A DNA stretch of 64,000 nt from the human T2T-CHM13v2.0 reference genome, Homo sapiens (GCF_009914755.1 NC_060937.1), one strand, 5' to 3'; positions 46,301-61,859 are shown, counted from the stretch's first letter. Made by a program: numbers and translations. The notes: a model not told the origin generated them from the letters alone.

Positions 46301-47684
46301 AAGACACTTTATTATATTTTTGGAATTGCGAGGCCATAGTCTTACAGTTTAGTGGTAGCTGAGATCTGGAAAGACCGTTCAGATATAAGGGGCTCCTCAA
46401 CTGTTATGTCAGGTTAAATGAATTACAAAGGAAGGGTAGGAAATGTGAGGGAGAGTCGTCTGTGTAACAATGGGGACATGTTTGTAATTTAATAAAATAA
46501 ACAAAACGTTATATTGCTTCCTCAGAACTTGGCTTGAGACAGAAAGAAGGCAAGAGAAGCCTTACATTTATTTGTAGTTATGAAAAGAGTATCCAACTTT
46601 CATGGAGAAAGAACTTTGTTTTGCCTTTAATATTGATGACACCACCATTCTCTTGATGTCGCATCCAGTGTCCAAACTGCAAACCCACTTTTTACTTGAC
46701 TCTTTCCCTTAATCTCCATATCCAGTTACCCAAAGCTAAATACTTATGTTTAACTATACGCTTCCTGTTCTCAGCATTCCCAATGCCTCTATCCCAAGCC
46801 CACTTGCTCTTACGTTTCTTTCATTGGATATTAATAACTGACCATCTTACAAGGGCTTGTGTGGGAGGGGTGGTAGAATTTAACATATCAAAGTACTGTA
46901 AAAAGTAGAGACTTGAAACTGCATTTATGAATTCAAAAAAAGTTTAGCAACTATCTAATTAAAACAGTGTCTGACTCTGTTGCATTCTGAACAGAGGCCA
47001 CTCATCAGGAGCTTTAATAGCTGACTCTGTTGAAGATATAGTACTAGTGGGGAATCAACATATTTTATAAAGGAAGCACAGAGGTGTCTCAACTTGAGCC
47101 AAAGGGTGGTGAAAGTGAAAAGTTAAACCCAAACCTTGGACGGCAAACAGAGCACTGCCTGAGCCTCGTATCTTTCAAGAGGTGTGTCCCTTTCTGGAGC
47201 AAGAGCCAGCTTGGCTTCTAAAAATTGATTCTTGGAGACTTCTGGAAGGAATGACCCCAGAGTCCTTTCCATTATTAGAATGAAGCACAGAACACAGAGA
47301 GCTCTTGACCATGAGGAAAACCTGGACAAGAAATCACTTTTTTTCCCATATATGTTTTCTACCCATTTTCTAAATGGGACTGCTGTTTCCGTAGAACCAA
47401 AAAAATAAGCCAAAAACATCTTAAGTATTGTAAGATTGATCAGCTATATTATGAGCTTCCAATATAATTTACCTAAAGCAATGTAGTGACTAGAATCTTG
47501 AGATGATCAAATGTGGTATAACACAAACATAGTATAATGAAAATAATAAAATTCTGACACCATTTCCAAAGAATAAGGCCAGGTTATAATATTAAGTGTG
47601 ACTTTCTTGATATGATTCATATCCTGATATTTATGGTTTAACACAGTCCATCTGAATATTTATGACATTATTATCAGCCAGTAA

Positions 47685-47954
<270 letters not shown>

Positions 47955-49164
47955 TGAATATACTAGATTTAAACACTATAACAAAAGATGGATTGCTTTT
48001 CCTCTGGTTTGTAAAGGTTCTTTAATATCATAGGTAATGTTTTAAAGATAATAGTTAGGTTCCCTGATCTAAGAGAAACAATTTGAGTGTTGAGGATTTT
48101 AAAACGATCTTCAGCAAATACTATTCAGTAGCATGCTTCACTGCTGCATTTTGGACTAATAAGCTTAATTTAACAAGAAGAAGTATCAAAGAAGTGTCAA
48201 TCACAGAAAAATTGTGTTCAGAGTCTCTGTGATATATATATATCTCATATATATATATGGCAAAATCTTTTGTCCAGTTTTTAAAGTAGATGACAAGAAA
48301 AATCATTTTGTTCAGGTGGCTGTGTGGACTTCGAGTTTGAGAAGTTAAGGCCTTGGTACCATATTGTCAGAGAAAGTGTTTTGATGAGTCGTTCAGAAAT
48401 ACCACTTCCATTTCTAAAACTTGGAAGGCTATAAATTCTTGACTGACTTACCTTTAGTTCCCTCATTAGACACATGATGCCCTTGGATGTGAGTGTCTTC
48501 AGTTGCAGATGCTTCTGCTAGAAAATAAGGCAGGCATGAGTCTGCCTTACATTGATTGCTCTAATAGGACTCTAAAGAGCACTGAATCTCTCCAAAGGAC
48601 AGTCAGGAAGGAAGGAAGCGCAATTGGTAGATTCAGATTACTTGTTTTCTAACCTTGGCAGGGCCACACACCATAAAAGAAAAGGAAAGGAATTCAGAGT
48701 GACGCAGCTGTTTCTGTGAAGGGCGACTTTGTACCTCCTGTGAGGTTACTGGGGCAATAAGAAGATAATCAGAGGTTTGCTTTGCAGAATAATAACTTAA
48801 AATAATTAAATACAATATTCTTAAGCCTGTAATACACATCTCTGAAAATATGTAATAGATGATGCACATCATCAGTTAAAAATGACCCTTACAAGAATTA
48901 CAACATAAGGTTTGGGAATCAGAATTCAATAATGTTTGTTAAGTGTGTTTACCTGAAAGTTACAAACTTTGCACATTAAAATTTTTATTGTATCAGTGGA
49001 TGTTATATTTATCCATTCTGTTCATAAAGTTCTCTTCATTTATTGAATTTCCATAATTATGGGAAATGTTTCTTGCTTTTACAGTTTAAATCATCTAAAC
49101 TCATCCTTACTACAGGACCTTTATTTCCATTCACTCATGTTTTTATGTTTCTGCTCCTCTTACT

Positions 49165-49390
49165 ACTAATAATAGCTGATATCTGTGGTGTACTTACTAT
49201 GTACTAGGCATTGTGCACAACTTATTACCTCCTTTAATCTTCACAATGACCTTAGGTAGATAGCATTTATTTCCTGCTTACAGATGGGGAAAGTTGGCAC
49301 AGAGAAAGTTAAGTAAATACTCAAGGTCACACAGTGTTGATTTAAACTCAAACTAGGTGGCTTCAGAACCCACATCTGAACCCCTCTATA
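49165..49390 (-). mobile_element. MIR
   Basis: tacttactatgtactaggcattgtgc...ttacagatggggaaagttggcacagagaaagttaagtaaatactcaaggtcacacag. Confidence 0.85.
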
Positions 49391-50202
49391 CTTTATTGTC
49401 AGTCTTTGCACGGTCCTCTTCATGTAGAGGCACTGTTGCAGATACTGTTGCTAACTTCTTAAACCAACACAGGACTCTCCTGTAACTTGAGTCAGCCACC
49501 TCAAGTATCCAAAGTCCCATTGCCCAGAACAGGGCTGACCCTTGGAGCCTCCAACCCCTTGAGAGACACTGAGGCAACCCAGACTCCTCCCCTGGTGGAG
49601 GGAGGGAAGCTACCTCCATTTCAGAGGATGTGGGTCAGTTTAAAGAGAGAGTGGTGAGGCACAATAAAGATTCATTTCACCCTGTAGCCCTAGAAAAGTG
49701 CAAAAATGACAGGTCTAGTCTCTTTGAAATTGTGTATCCTAATGCATTTTCCTGAGGAGCTGTGAAGTTGTACAAAAGTTCAAAGAGATGCTTACACAGC
49801 TAGGTCCTGACACCTTTTCAACCATCCATGTTTCCAAAATAATAGTTTACTGTTTTTTAAGAATTTGTGAAGTAAAATAGTTTGGATTTAACATTTTCCC
49901 TCTTAACTCAGGTTGGAATTTGTTTGCGTGGAGTTTGTTTTTTCTTCTTGGAATAAGGATTAGATCTGAAAAATGTACATGTGCCATAGCATTCTTTTAA
50001 TAGAAGTAGACATTTTTGTTCCTCTCTATGAAACAACTAAAATGTCCCCAAACAAGAAAAAAATTTTTAAGTGTAAGTTCTTGTCATAAGGAAATCTTCC
50101 TTATGTGCTTAGAGTGAGGGATTCTTCTGGGTGTCGATGGCCAACAAGACACACTTGATGTTTTTAGCTGAAGAGATGAATCTAATCAGTTTTTAGTATT
50201 AT

Positions 50203-50497
50203 TGTTTTTTATAAAAAGAGACTTTTTTGCTCTATCACCCAGACCTCAGTGCAATGGCGCAATTTTGGCTCACCACAACCTCGGCTTCCCGGGTTCAATT
50301 AATTCTTGTGCCTCAGCTTCCTTAGTAGCTAGGACTATAAGCGTGCACCACCACACCCAGCTAATTTTTATATTTTTAGTAGAGACGGAGTTTCACCATG
50401 TTGGCCAGCCTGGTCTCGAACTCATGACCTCAGGTGATCCTCCCGTCTTGGCCTCCCAAAGTGCTGGGATTACAGGCGTGAGCCACTACCTCTGGCC
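50203..50497 (-). mobile_element. AluS (diverged)
   Basis: Antisense dimer ending ggattacaggcgtgagccactacctctggcc. Confidence 0.92.
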
Positions 50498-51479
50498 TTT
50501 TTATTCCCCTTTGATTTTTTGGCAGAAATGTAAGCTTCTGTGTCATATTCTTTTCTTGTCTGCTGAAAAATGCTTAGTAATTTTCTGTCCTTATTTTTGC
50601 CTACTTGTAGGCCAGCAAATGTGAATGGATTCAGAGGCTTGTCAGCTGATTCTAGAAGTGTGAATGGGCATTTGGCATTTTGTCCTGTAGCTGCAACAAG
50701 AGGTGTTATTTTTGATGTATGTAGAGTACACTTAAGGTGAATTCTATTAAATGTCCTCTACTATTTCTCTTGTTGAGTTAGCTTCTTTTACAAAGACATT
50801 GAATGCTTTAAAACCCTGAATTTATGCGGGTTTGTATCAAATCACAAAATTGTATTCTATTATTCTTAACTAAATACGACTTGTATGGGGATGGCAAAGG
50901 TAATTTTCAAAAACTTGGAAGTATAGATTTACTATTTGGGGGACTACTCAGGAATCTGTATTTTTCAGTTTTATTTTTAAAAGACTAACTCGGAATTTCA
51001 CACCCATTAGCTTGTGTGGAGCAGATTATGTACAACTTTAAATTAAAGCTTAAGGTTTTATTTATGACTTTGCAATATCCAGATAGCCAACTTTAAAAAA
51101 AAAAAAAAAAAAACAGGAAATAAAAATGTTCCACAAAACAAATTTTAGATTTGTTTCTTTGTAAATATCTTTCTCTTGTTCTGCAGAATGGCTCTTTGTA
51201 CCCAAAAGATGCTCAGGTCATATTCATGAATATTTATGGATAAGTCAATAATTTTATTCTATTTTTATTGCTTCATGGAGACATTTAATAGCATTTGTTC
51301 TTGTCCAGTCTTATCATTATTTCACCTTTCCCAAGCAAAGTGTTCTAAACAAGCTAATGGGGTCATCTGTGTCTCTTTTATATTTTTATTTCAAAAGATA
51401 AAAACTGCAGAAAATAAATAATGGATACAATTCCTTCTTGCATCCTCCTCCTTCCCTCTGAACTCAGTTTTCTTCTTCC

Positions 51480-52400
51480 CAAAGTGAATCTTTTTCAGTT
51501 CTTTAAGTAAGAATCAGTGGGTGGTAAATTACTCAGTCTTGTTCATCTGAATGTCTTTATTTCTCCCTCATTTATCAGTGATGGTTCAGCTGGGAATAGA
51601 ATTCTAAGTTGAAATTCATTCTCCCTCTGACATTTGAATCTTTATTTCACTGTGTTGCCTTATCATTGCTGTTGAAAAGTCTGTAGTGAATTTGTTATTT
51701 CTTTGTGGGTTCTTTACTTTTTTCCCTGTTTACTTTTATAGTTTTTTTCTTTGTCTTTGGTATTCTGAAGTTTCACTACACTGTGTTTGGATGTGCATTT
51801 ATTTTTATTTTCTTGTTGGAGACTCTTGTGCTTCTTAAATTGAGGATTTATATCTTTTCATCAATTCTGGAAAACTCTTAACTATTAATTATATGAATGT
51901 CATCATTTTTCCATTTTCCCTCTTCTCTTTTTCTGGTACTTCTATTTGATGTAAATTGGACTTTCTTATGCTACATTGCGTATCTTTTTACCCATCTTTT
52001 ATTATTCCACCTCTTTGTCTCTTCTGCATTCTGAGTAGTTTTTTCAGATCTGTCTTCCAATTCATTAATGTTCTCTTAGGCTATATAACCTGTTTTACCT
52101 ACCTATTGAGAATTTTAATTTTGATGACTATATTTTTTATTCCTGGAAGTGCTATTTAGTTCTCTTTGAAACTCTACTTAGGCTTCTTATTTTCATTGTA
52201 TTTTGTTTCTTTTTTAAGATTACAACTTTGCTTTTATGTCTTCAATCACCTTGAATGTGTCTTTATTGTTCTGTTATAACACTACTTCTTGTGTCTGCTA
52301 ACTCTTCTGTTTGTTGTGCCTGCTAATTCTTGCCCATGATGGATTTCTTTTTATGTACTTTGAAATTTTTTGTTGTGAATTCTTTCATTGAGCCTCTTTT
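51480..52400 (-). mobile_element. Ancient L1ME/HAL1-like fragment
   Basis: T-rich strand with gtctttatttctccctcatt...gctgggaatagaattctaagttga...ttcatcaattctggaaaa, typical of the old L1 ORF1 region. Confidence 0.7.
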
Positions 52401-53745
52401 TCTGTGAGTTTTCCTTGCATCCACGGTTGTGGGAGTGTTTCTCCAGCACGGTTTTGCTTTTGCCCCTTCTGTTGCCCAGGGTTATTGCTGTCCGGGGCCA
52501 AATATCTGGTTACTTTCTGCACCTAGAAGGTGACACAACTGTATATCTCAAACTTGTAAGACTTTGGCCTGTGGTTTCAAATTCTTGGATGTGAATTTTT
52601 TTTTCTTGTTATTTTACATAGAACTCAACCAGAGACCACTGGGAACATCGTTTCATCTTCTTTTAATGGTGCATAGATTTTTCTCTAGTCCATTGTTTAG
52701 GACCAGACTTTATGTAAGGCATCTTATTTTCTATGTCCCACCTCTCAGGGCCCACATCACTGTTTCCTATCCCCCAGTGGACAATAAAGAAAGCCTCTAG
52801 GATAATGAAACAAACAGTCCTCTCCCTGGATAGCTACTATGCTACCTCACTCCCTCCTGTTTTTCCTTTCCCTTTTCCTTTCTTGTGAACTCATTTCTAT
52901 ACCTTTTTTAAAAACAAAAATGTTATATTTCATTCAATATTTCCAAGCACTTACTCCGTGTGAGCTTTTGGGTTATCTGAGCCCATCGTCCTGCCTGTGT
53001 CCTCTGCAGAATTCTCAGTTTGCTTTCCAAGCAGATAGAGCCAGAGTTGGCCTTTGCTCCGTGAAGCTCATGGTGAGGTGGGGTGTCCTCAAGGTGAATA
53101 AAAGGAAGAATAAGGGGCCTGTCACCAATTTTTCCTCCTCTGATCTCATCTGTGAATCTTCTCTAAATACAACCCTGTCCATTACATTTCTTGCACAAAA
53201 CTTTCATTTCATTCTTTTTCACTCCTTGATTTGGCCCAAACTGATCTTACTCCCACCACATACCTTTATGAACCCAGGTTTCTTGTCTGCCACCATGCGT
53301 TTATGCATGCTGACCCCTCTTCCTGGAATGCCACTCAGCTTCTCATTCTGCCTACCCTTTAAGGCCCAATCCAAAATCTCATCATCTGAAAAGCTTGGCT
53401 TGATTTCTTCCCTGCTATCTCCACACAATCATGCTTATGATAAAACAACTTATACGTATCTGCAATTCTTTACTTTATCTAAGCTACTGTATCATTCTGT
53501 CTTGCAAACTATTCTGTCCTCATTGAATTACAGTAATTAGTATAGACTAAACTAGTAAATACCAGAATATATTACAGGTTTTAAGGGTAAACATTTTATG
53601 ATACTTTCAGTTGTGCATGTGCATACCAGACCATAGTGTATTTTTTATGGTGGTGGGGTAGGGGCAGAGATTTTCTCTTAAGTTGAAGAAGCAATGTGTT
53701 AGCCTATAAGTTCCTTGGAGGCAATATCTGTGTGGGATGCATCTT

Positions 53746-53790
53746 GACACATACACACATGCAAACACACACACACACACACACACATAT
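53746..53790. repeat. (CA)n microsatellite
   Basis: Direct reading. Confidence 0.9.
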
Positions 53791-54334
53791 CCCATGTCCC
53801 CATGTTTAGGACAGTGTTTGCGTATCATGGACAGTACATGTTTTTTGAATGAATGAATGAAACATTAATATAATAGCTTGAAAAGAATGTCTTTATTGGA
53901 ACCTGTGTGTTTCCAGAGGTCATCTTGCCAACTCTAAACTAATAAACTAATAATAATAGATTATGTTCTGTTCTTTGCACAGATGAATGCCCTAAAATGT
54001 GCTGAGTACAAGAGGCATTGATTCTCAGCCTCCTACTTTCAGGCATCTAAGGATACCTCTTTATTCATTGATATGGTCACCTTCTCCTCACACTGACTCC
54101 AGCAACAGGTGACTCTTAGTGATCAGACACAGTATCAGAATATATGCTCTCATTCTCTATGAGTCTGTCTATATAGCATCTATTACTGTAGTCACAGGCA
54201 ATTACCTTCTCAGTAAGCTCTTTCCAAAAACAAGACTCTCCAGTTTTTCTGAATTCAAGTGCTGCTATCAATTTTGACTTTGTAGATCAAATGGACAAAA
54301 GAGATAAAGTTAAAGACAAAACAGCTTTTCATTC

Positions 54335-54525
54335 TGACTGATCCGGATTTGACTCCTGCTTCCACCTCTTTAGTGTTGTGTGACCTTGGACCAGCCAGTC
54401 AACCTCCTTTTTTTCTCATTTGCAAAATGGAAGTAACAGTACCCAGCTCACAGGGTGGTTGAGAGGATTAGAGGGAGTGTGTGGAGCCCCTGATACACTC
54501 CTGAGCATGTAGGAGATGCTCATTT
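54335..54525 (+). mobile_element. MIR
   Basis: gtgtgaccttggacc...ctcatttgcaaaatggaagtaacagtacccagctcacagggtggttgagaggatta. Confidence 0.75.
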
Positions 54526-57500
54526 GTCCTCATCACCACCCTCCTCATTATCCTCATTGGAGGGCTGAGATGAATTTCTGGTATATTTCCTCAGAAGTCA
54601 GCCTGGTGCTTCCTCTCTTTGTGTTCACGCAAACATAATGGAGGCTTGAGCAGGGGACTTGACTGTCTCCTGTTGCCATTTATCAATACTGTCAGGTGCC
54701 TGTCCTGAGCTCTGCCATGGCATTGACAGAGACACAACCACAGCTCCTTTCAGCAGACCTGGTCTTAGCCCTCCAGGTGCTCATGCTTTGGGAGATGACA
54801 GAGGCAAACAAAGTACTTAAGAGAAGACAACACCCCCAACGATCTCACTGTATTTCCAGCAAAATACTTGAGGCCTACCCAGGTGTGAATTGTGAAGACC
54901 TAGGCGGTAAAACCAGAGATTTGAGGTAAGTCCGCCTCTGAGGGTTTTCAAAGGCTTTCAAAGAGGAAATTTCATTGGTTCTTGAGAGTAGGGGTCTCAG
55001 AAAAAAATAAGAACCGCATAATGGCCAGGCAGCCCAAAATATGAAAGGCTGGATTACTCAGCTAAGTAAACCAAGTTTAGAAAATTTCAAGAATTTTCAA
55101 TCACACTTCTTAGGCTTTTGTCCACGCCCCTCCCTATAACTTGACCAATACACAAGAAAATTGGTTTTTTATTATAGCCCTGCCACTAACCTGTGCTTCT
55201 GGCAAAGTCACCTACGTGTGATCTGTCATTGTTTTCTCGTCTATGAAAGGATAGCAGCCAGGCCATTTTCACTCTAGTGTATAAAACAAATGAAATAAAA
55301 GCAGCATTCACTCTCAAACCCCTGGGTTTAAACTCTTAAATTCCCTGGGTTTAAATCCCTGGGTTTAAACTCACTTATTAGTGAGTCTGTCCAGGTTTAA
55401 TCTCCCATTGTCCCTTCCAGGAGCTGCAGTGGAAGCTGAATTGGGGATTGGGCCAGGAATTCCATCTGGATCTAGTCTATCAGCATAAAATGTCATCGGG
55501 AAGAAGAAAAAGAAATTCTAACTTGCCTGACAAAGAATTACTCAGAAAGAAAGTAATTTACTGTGTTTTGATTTTGAAACCTGGAAAAACGAAAAGTTTT
55601 TTTTAAGTCTACTTGACTTAAAAAAAAAATCTAACTTTAATCTTGTCCTTCAGCAGAGACTAAGAATGAGAGCTGTGCTTATCTTCATCCAACACCCTGG
55701 AATTCAAAAACACTTTTTATGACGAAAGATGAGTGAAAATGGGGATTTTCATTATTGAGGTTGCTTGAGCCTTAGTAGCCTTGTTCACAAAATAGTTAAC
55801 GGACAAGATGCAGGCAGGATATTTTAGACATTGCCCCTGTGCTGAGTTAGGAGCACAGGTGTGGGCTGACAGAGTGATAATTCATAAAGGTGCTAACTGT
55901 GTCATGCTGGAATGGAGGCTTAAAAATAATAGAACATGATCTAGCTGGTTTGCTAACATGAAAGAAGTAAACTCAAAGTAACACAAACTATTTTCTTGGG
56001 GTACACAGTCTGAAGAATCCAGGATGCCAAACTCTATTGCATCACACATCATGAATCTGTAATGAAATATGTCATGCTTAAGAACAAACCTGTAGGAACA
56101 TCAGTCATGGCCAGCCGGCACAAACACTGAAAGGCCAGGCAATTAGCTAATGACAGCATTACTGCTTGCTAGTGTTGTTCCAGGTTCAGGCAGTAACGTT
56201 GTTGACATACCTTTGTTCCTTGGCCCAGAGTCTGAGGCTTCCAACTCCTCCTGTGTGTTGATGTTACAAAGCTGGCATCAGGACAACTCTCCTGTTACCC
56301 CTAAAGTTAAGTAGGACGCTGTGCTGTAATAAGGACACTGGTGGCCCACCACCAACAGATGGTATATGATGAATGGTTCTAGTCATTTTGATGAACGGGA
56401 CTGTGGGTCTAAGTAAGCAAGTCCTTTGGCAAGTGACATACATACTCGTCCCAGCTTCCTCTTGTGATTTTAGACCATATCTGATGAGAAGTAAGAGACT
56501 GAATTTAGGATACACCCTATTTTTAGGTGTAAAAGAGGTTTTTTCACCTCTGGGCCATCTAGAGATTGAACATTCATCCATAGTCTTGTATTTCATTCAT
56601 TCACATGAGTGATGTGTGTGCAGACTTCTAGATATCAGAAAATATCAGATCCTTTCATCCGGAACCCTTTTTAGTATTTTAGTAATTTGTGAATTGGAAA
56701 TTCTGCTGTGCTAAAGGACAGAATGACTACCTCTAATTAAGTTTGGATCTTTATATGGCAGATCTTCATAAAACTGATTGTAATTTACTAATCATCTTCA
56801 TAGGCTTATCACCATTTACTAACCTCAGCCATATGATATTTCATAATATTTTATCATGCCCATTTGCAAGTTGGTTGTTTTTCTGCACTGCTCTACATGC
56901 CAATCTTCCTATACTAAGCAAAGGTTACATGTCTGTTGACTAAGGATGTGTAAATAGCAGAAATGCCAGCCTTAATGTCTTTCTGCACTGTGGATTCCAG
57001 TCAGCTTCCCAGAAGGATAATCAGCTAGTCTTGTTGGTCAAACTCCTCTTTAAATAGAGGCTGCTGTTGCTTCAACAGACCAAATAAGGGAAATATAGAG
57101 TAAAAGTAATTTCATGTAGCTCCCTGTTGAGTGTAGTGATAGAATCAAAGCAATGCTGTCCTGAAAAGAGACTAAAACATTGCTGGTCAGATAGGGAATA
57201 TTTATATCACACTTGACAACATACTGGCTAGTTTTCAAATTATAAATAAATAACTTTTAAAATAGCTGTTTCTTAGCAAAACAGCTTAGCCTGGAACGTC
57301 CCTTAAATAATCTATAAAGACATTCACCAAAAACTTGAAAATTCACCCTAACCCAGAAACATAGCATTGTTAGTAGCTAAAAAGATTCAATTTAACTGCT
57401 GAATGAGGTGATCTTTCAGATGAGCTCATAAGTTTGTTTTCTTTATCATGAGTATGCTTGGAGACATGTAGATGAAACACATTTCTTCTGTGGCTCCTAA

Positions 57501-58360
57501 ATGGAACTTTTTCAGATGTGAAATGAAATTTAATACACCACCATAGTAAAAGTTTGATTGAACCTTATAGCAAATAAATGATGTGAAAATATCACCAGGT
57601 AATAAAAAATATCAGAGGGCTTTTTACTTCAATTTAATAGTATCCAATTCAATTCATTCATGGATAAGGCCATAATTTTTATTTTTATTTCTGGTGACTT
57701 TATGAAGAGATTATCGAAGTTTCCTTTTTTTGAGAATACAAAACCAGACAAAGGTAATTCCTCATTTCGGTCTAGTTTTTCTGATGATATGTTCTTTGTA
57801 CTATTTACAAAGACATCCTTTTTAATACAAACAAAAGATCATCTGGAAGTATATGTTTTAGAGTGACAGAAAATACCAATAAAAATACGTTCAATAATAA
57901 TGGCATAATACCAGGTAACAATGGCTCATTCCTTAAGGTCACTGTGATGTAATATTGCTGTGTTTCCACACAACATTTTGCATTTTGACATTCCTGAAAA
58001 TCATCAGTACAGTTTTCAGCAATAGCAAGTTTTACTATAGCATTGTAGCAATTTTAACCGGCACAAATTTTGATTTCTACGGTCATGCTAACAATAAGAC
58101 TTGTTTTATTAGGTATTTTTACTGTTGCTTACATACATATCTAGTATATTCTGACTTTTAAAATTTCTTAAAACACAATATTCTATTTGATAATATTTCC
58201 TGATGCTTTTGGGAATTTCTACTCAATTCCTAAGTTGTAATCACATAGGTTGAAGGCAGGGGGGTTGGAATATTCCTGTAGGCTTTCCCAAGATGATTCA
58301 GCCATGAAGAATGTGAACATTCAAGGAAAAGACTATGCAGGCCACAGAGAAGGAATGTCT

Positions 58361-58657
58361 GGTGGGCACAGTGGCTCACACCTGTAATCCCAGCACCTTG
58401 GGAGGCTGAGGTGGGAAAATTGTTTGAGTCCAGGAGTTTGAGACCAGCCTGTGCAACGTGGTGAGACCCCCCATCTCTATCTACAAAAAATAAAAACAAA
58501 AAAATTAGCCAGGCGTGGTGGCACATGCCTGTGCTTCCAGAGGCTGAGGTGGGAGGACCATTTGAATGAGGCTGCAGTAAGCCGTGTTAACACCACTGCT
58601 CTCCACTCCAGCCTAAGTGACAGAGTGAGACCTTGTCTCCAAAAAAAGAAAAAAAGA
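58361..58657 (+). mobile_element. AluJ
   Basis: Dimer with J-type gagtccaggagtttgag. TSD agaaggaatgtct on both sides. Confidence 0.92.
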
Positions 58658-58946
58658 AGAAGGAATGTCTAAGAAGTAGGAGGAGAACAGATGGGAGGTG
58701 GAGGGCAATTCAAGTGGAAAGAAGGGAGTGAACATTGCAGCTAAAAGATCCAGCATGAAAAATGGCCACCAGATTTGCCATTTGGAAAGTTACTGGGGTC
58801 CCTAGGGAGACTAATTTTAGTGGTGAAAGAAAGGCCAGATTGCAAGTAGTTGAAGACATTTTGAATAGGAGAGGAAAGAAAGACAGGAAGTGTAGACCAC
58901 CCATTGGAGAACTGAATATGAGAAGAGGGTTAGAAAGGAAACCACA

Positions 58947-59366
<420 letters not shown>

Positions 59367-61859
59367 TCACTGAGGAGCTGGCTGATGGAGCCATGTCCTG
59401 AAGGAGATAGGAAAAGATCCATCCACACACACTGTAGTAGACACTGAAAGTCTACTGAGTGAACATAACATGCACAGTTAGAGGGGTATATTGGGACAAA
59501 TAAAATTGAAAAGACCAACAAAATAGAAAGTTACCCAGAAACAAACAAATGAAGGTTGTATCTTACATTTCTTAGTAGCTGCTGTAGTTCTTTTTTTTTT
59601 CTTTTTTAAAGAATGCCTATGAGAGCTGCTCTTTTGTTCAATTAAAATGAAGATTAACTTTGTAGCTGAATTTAAGTGAAGTTTCTCTTCCACTGTTCAA
59701 ATAATGGATTTGTACTTAGGGTTGTTAAATGTGGCAGAGAAATAGGCTCCACTGAAATGAGCAAAACCACTGCAAATAGGACAGATTATCTCAAGAGATT
59801 TTGCTTAAAAAAAAAGTGCCAACATATTCTTCCAGATTTACATCTGCCTTCAGTTTTCATAGCATAGGGTACTGGGCAGCATCTTACCTGATAGTACCTT
59901 GGATTTATTTGTGCTGTGTCTTCTGTATCATTCTCTTTTGTTTCTTTTTCCCCAGTATTTTAGGTGAAAGGCAGCATTTATTATTTCGCTTAAGAAAATT
60001 CATTTTAATAACTAAATGGAATAAAAGGGGAGAAGTTTTGTCAGGGTTTTGACTATTTCTCATTAGTTATTAGAAACCTACTCAGGATGTCATAGGGTGA
60101 TGTCCATTTTTACAAACTGAGGCAGGTTATCAAGGGGGCTAAGTCTTCCACCAGAAGTCCAGTGATCCATGCAGTCAGTCAATTGACATGACCAGAGTAC
60201 ATCTTCAAGATTAATCACACCAGTGGGGTGCCGATTACCCCTCATGATGGGGAAGTCATTTGGGGAGTAATGGTCAGTATTCAGAACTGTGAGTCTTCAG
60301 GCTCACTCTTTAGATGTTTTTCCAAACTTGAGTCAAAGTTGGCACAAATGAGATCTGATGAGAAAAAGATGTCAGACATGAAAACATTTGGGACCCCGTT
60401 ATTCTTTGGTTCATACGAAGTAGAGTGCCTGCGGCTGGGTGTAGATAGTTCTGAACAAAACGCTTTGGTGCATTTTCACAGTTGGGTCCACAGCTCTCTA
60501 CTGTGAAGGGTGCCACCACATGGGGTGAGGAAGCTCACCACTAGGCATCTTCCCGTGTTCTGGTGAAGAAGAGAGATCCTAATGGTGGTAGTTCCATTCT
60601 GAAATTCTTTATTAACCACTAAGACCAGACATTTATATTATAAAATTTCACTGCTGCTGATATCAAAACCCTCAACTGATTATGTGTATCCTCATTTTTT
60701 CTAAAAGATAGCTGAAGCTTAGAGAAGTTAAGAAAGGGCCATAAGTTGAGAGGACCTAGGATTCAAACTCAGGTCTCTCAGATTTCAAAGCCCACACCCT
60801 TAACTGCTACATCCACTGTTGTAATAATTAAAAGACTTTAAAATAGCATCTTAAGCAAGGTTAGTGATATATTTAACTAATTGAATAATCTCATATTAAC
60901 TCCAATAGCATTGCTGGGTTAAACACATTCATTGAAATCTCTCTAAATGCCCAGATGTCACCACAACGCAGTATATCCATGTAACAAAACTGCACTTCTA
61001 CCCCTTAAATGTAAACACATTTTTAAAAAAGAAATATCTCTGAGGGCAGTAATACTTTGGATCTTTCTAGATTAGTGAAATCTTACCTGTGTGGAGCACA
61101 CTTGAAATTTTGGAAGGCCACTAAAAAGTTAGAAGTAGAAAGTTATTTGTATTAAATGACCCCTTGTATAATACCTCAAATAAAACACGTCTTGATATAT
61201 CAGACTCCCTCTAGACTTCTAAGTGACTGTGGCCTGTCTGTCTGGCCATCTTTCTTTCCTCCTAAAGATTACAGAGATGTATGATATGAAAAGATTGTGA
61301 AGTGAAGATGTAATTCGTGTACACCAAAATTGTTTGAAAATTAAGGTAGAGGGCGATGGCTTTCCTCGGCCCTTCTTAGTTAGATGTGGACACAAGGAGT
61401 GTTTAAAGTCTGTATTTTTTTAAGCTGAGAGTAGGGAAGATTGGAACTCCTCAGGGTGTGAGAAGCACAAACAGCTGTATTCCTATGGAAATACTGAAAC
61501 TCCTGCAGAATTCTTCAGCGCAGGAGAAAATTCCCCTTGCGTGGGTTGGGACAGCAGTAGTCTCTGATTCAGAGGGAGAAAACTCAAAGAGAAACCCAGA
61601 GTGCGAACTGAGGACTACATCTTACTTCTCACGCAGCAGGTGAGGTATCTCTGAGATTTGGCCACCCAAATCCAGTCTGCAAATGGGGAGAAATGAACAG
61701 TGGTCCGTTTTATAGCTCCACCAGGAAAAGATCAAAAAAATTGGAGAATTGCTATTAGAATAAGTTTTGAGAGTATCTTATGTCATCTTTAAAAACGAGA
61801 CATTGTAAGATTTTAACAGTGATGATAAGTGATGCATCACGACCTCCTGTTTTTAGTTT

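Noticed and set aside
52839-53540. Longest ORF in the track (233 aa)
   Set aside because: Leu/Ser/Phe-rich, no recognisable domain, overlaps pyrimidine-rich L2-like sequence, and has no splice support.
61485-61645. ATG-initiated ORF ending at donor-like CAG|GTGAGG, as an alternative first exon
   Set aside because: It ends in phase 2 whereas exon 3 requires phase 0, and there is no other support.
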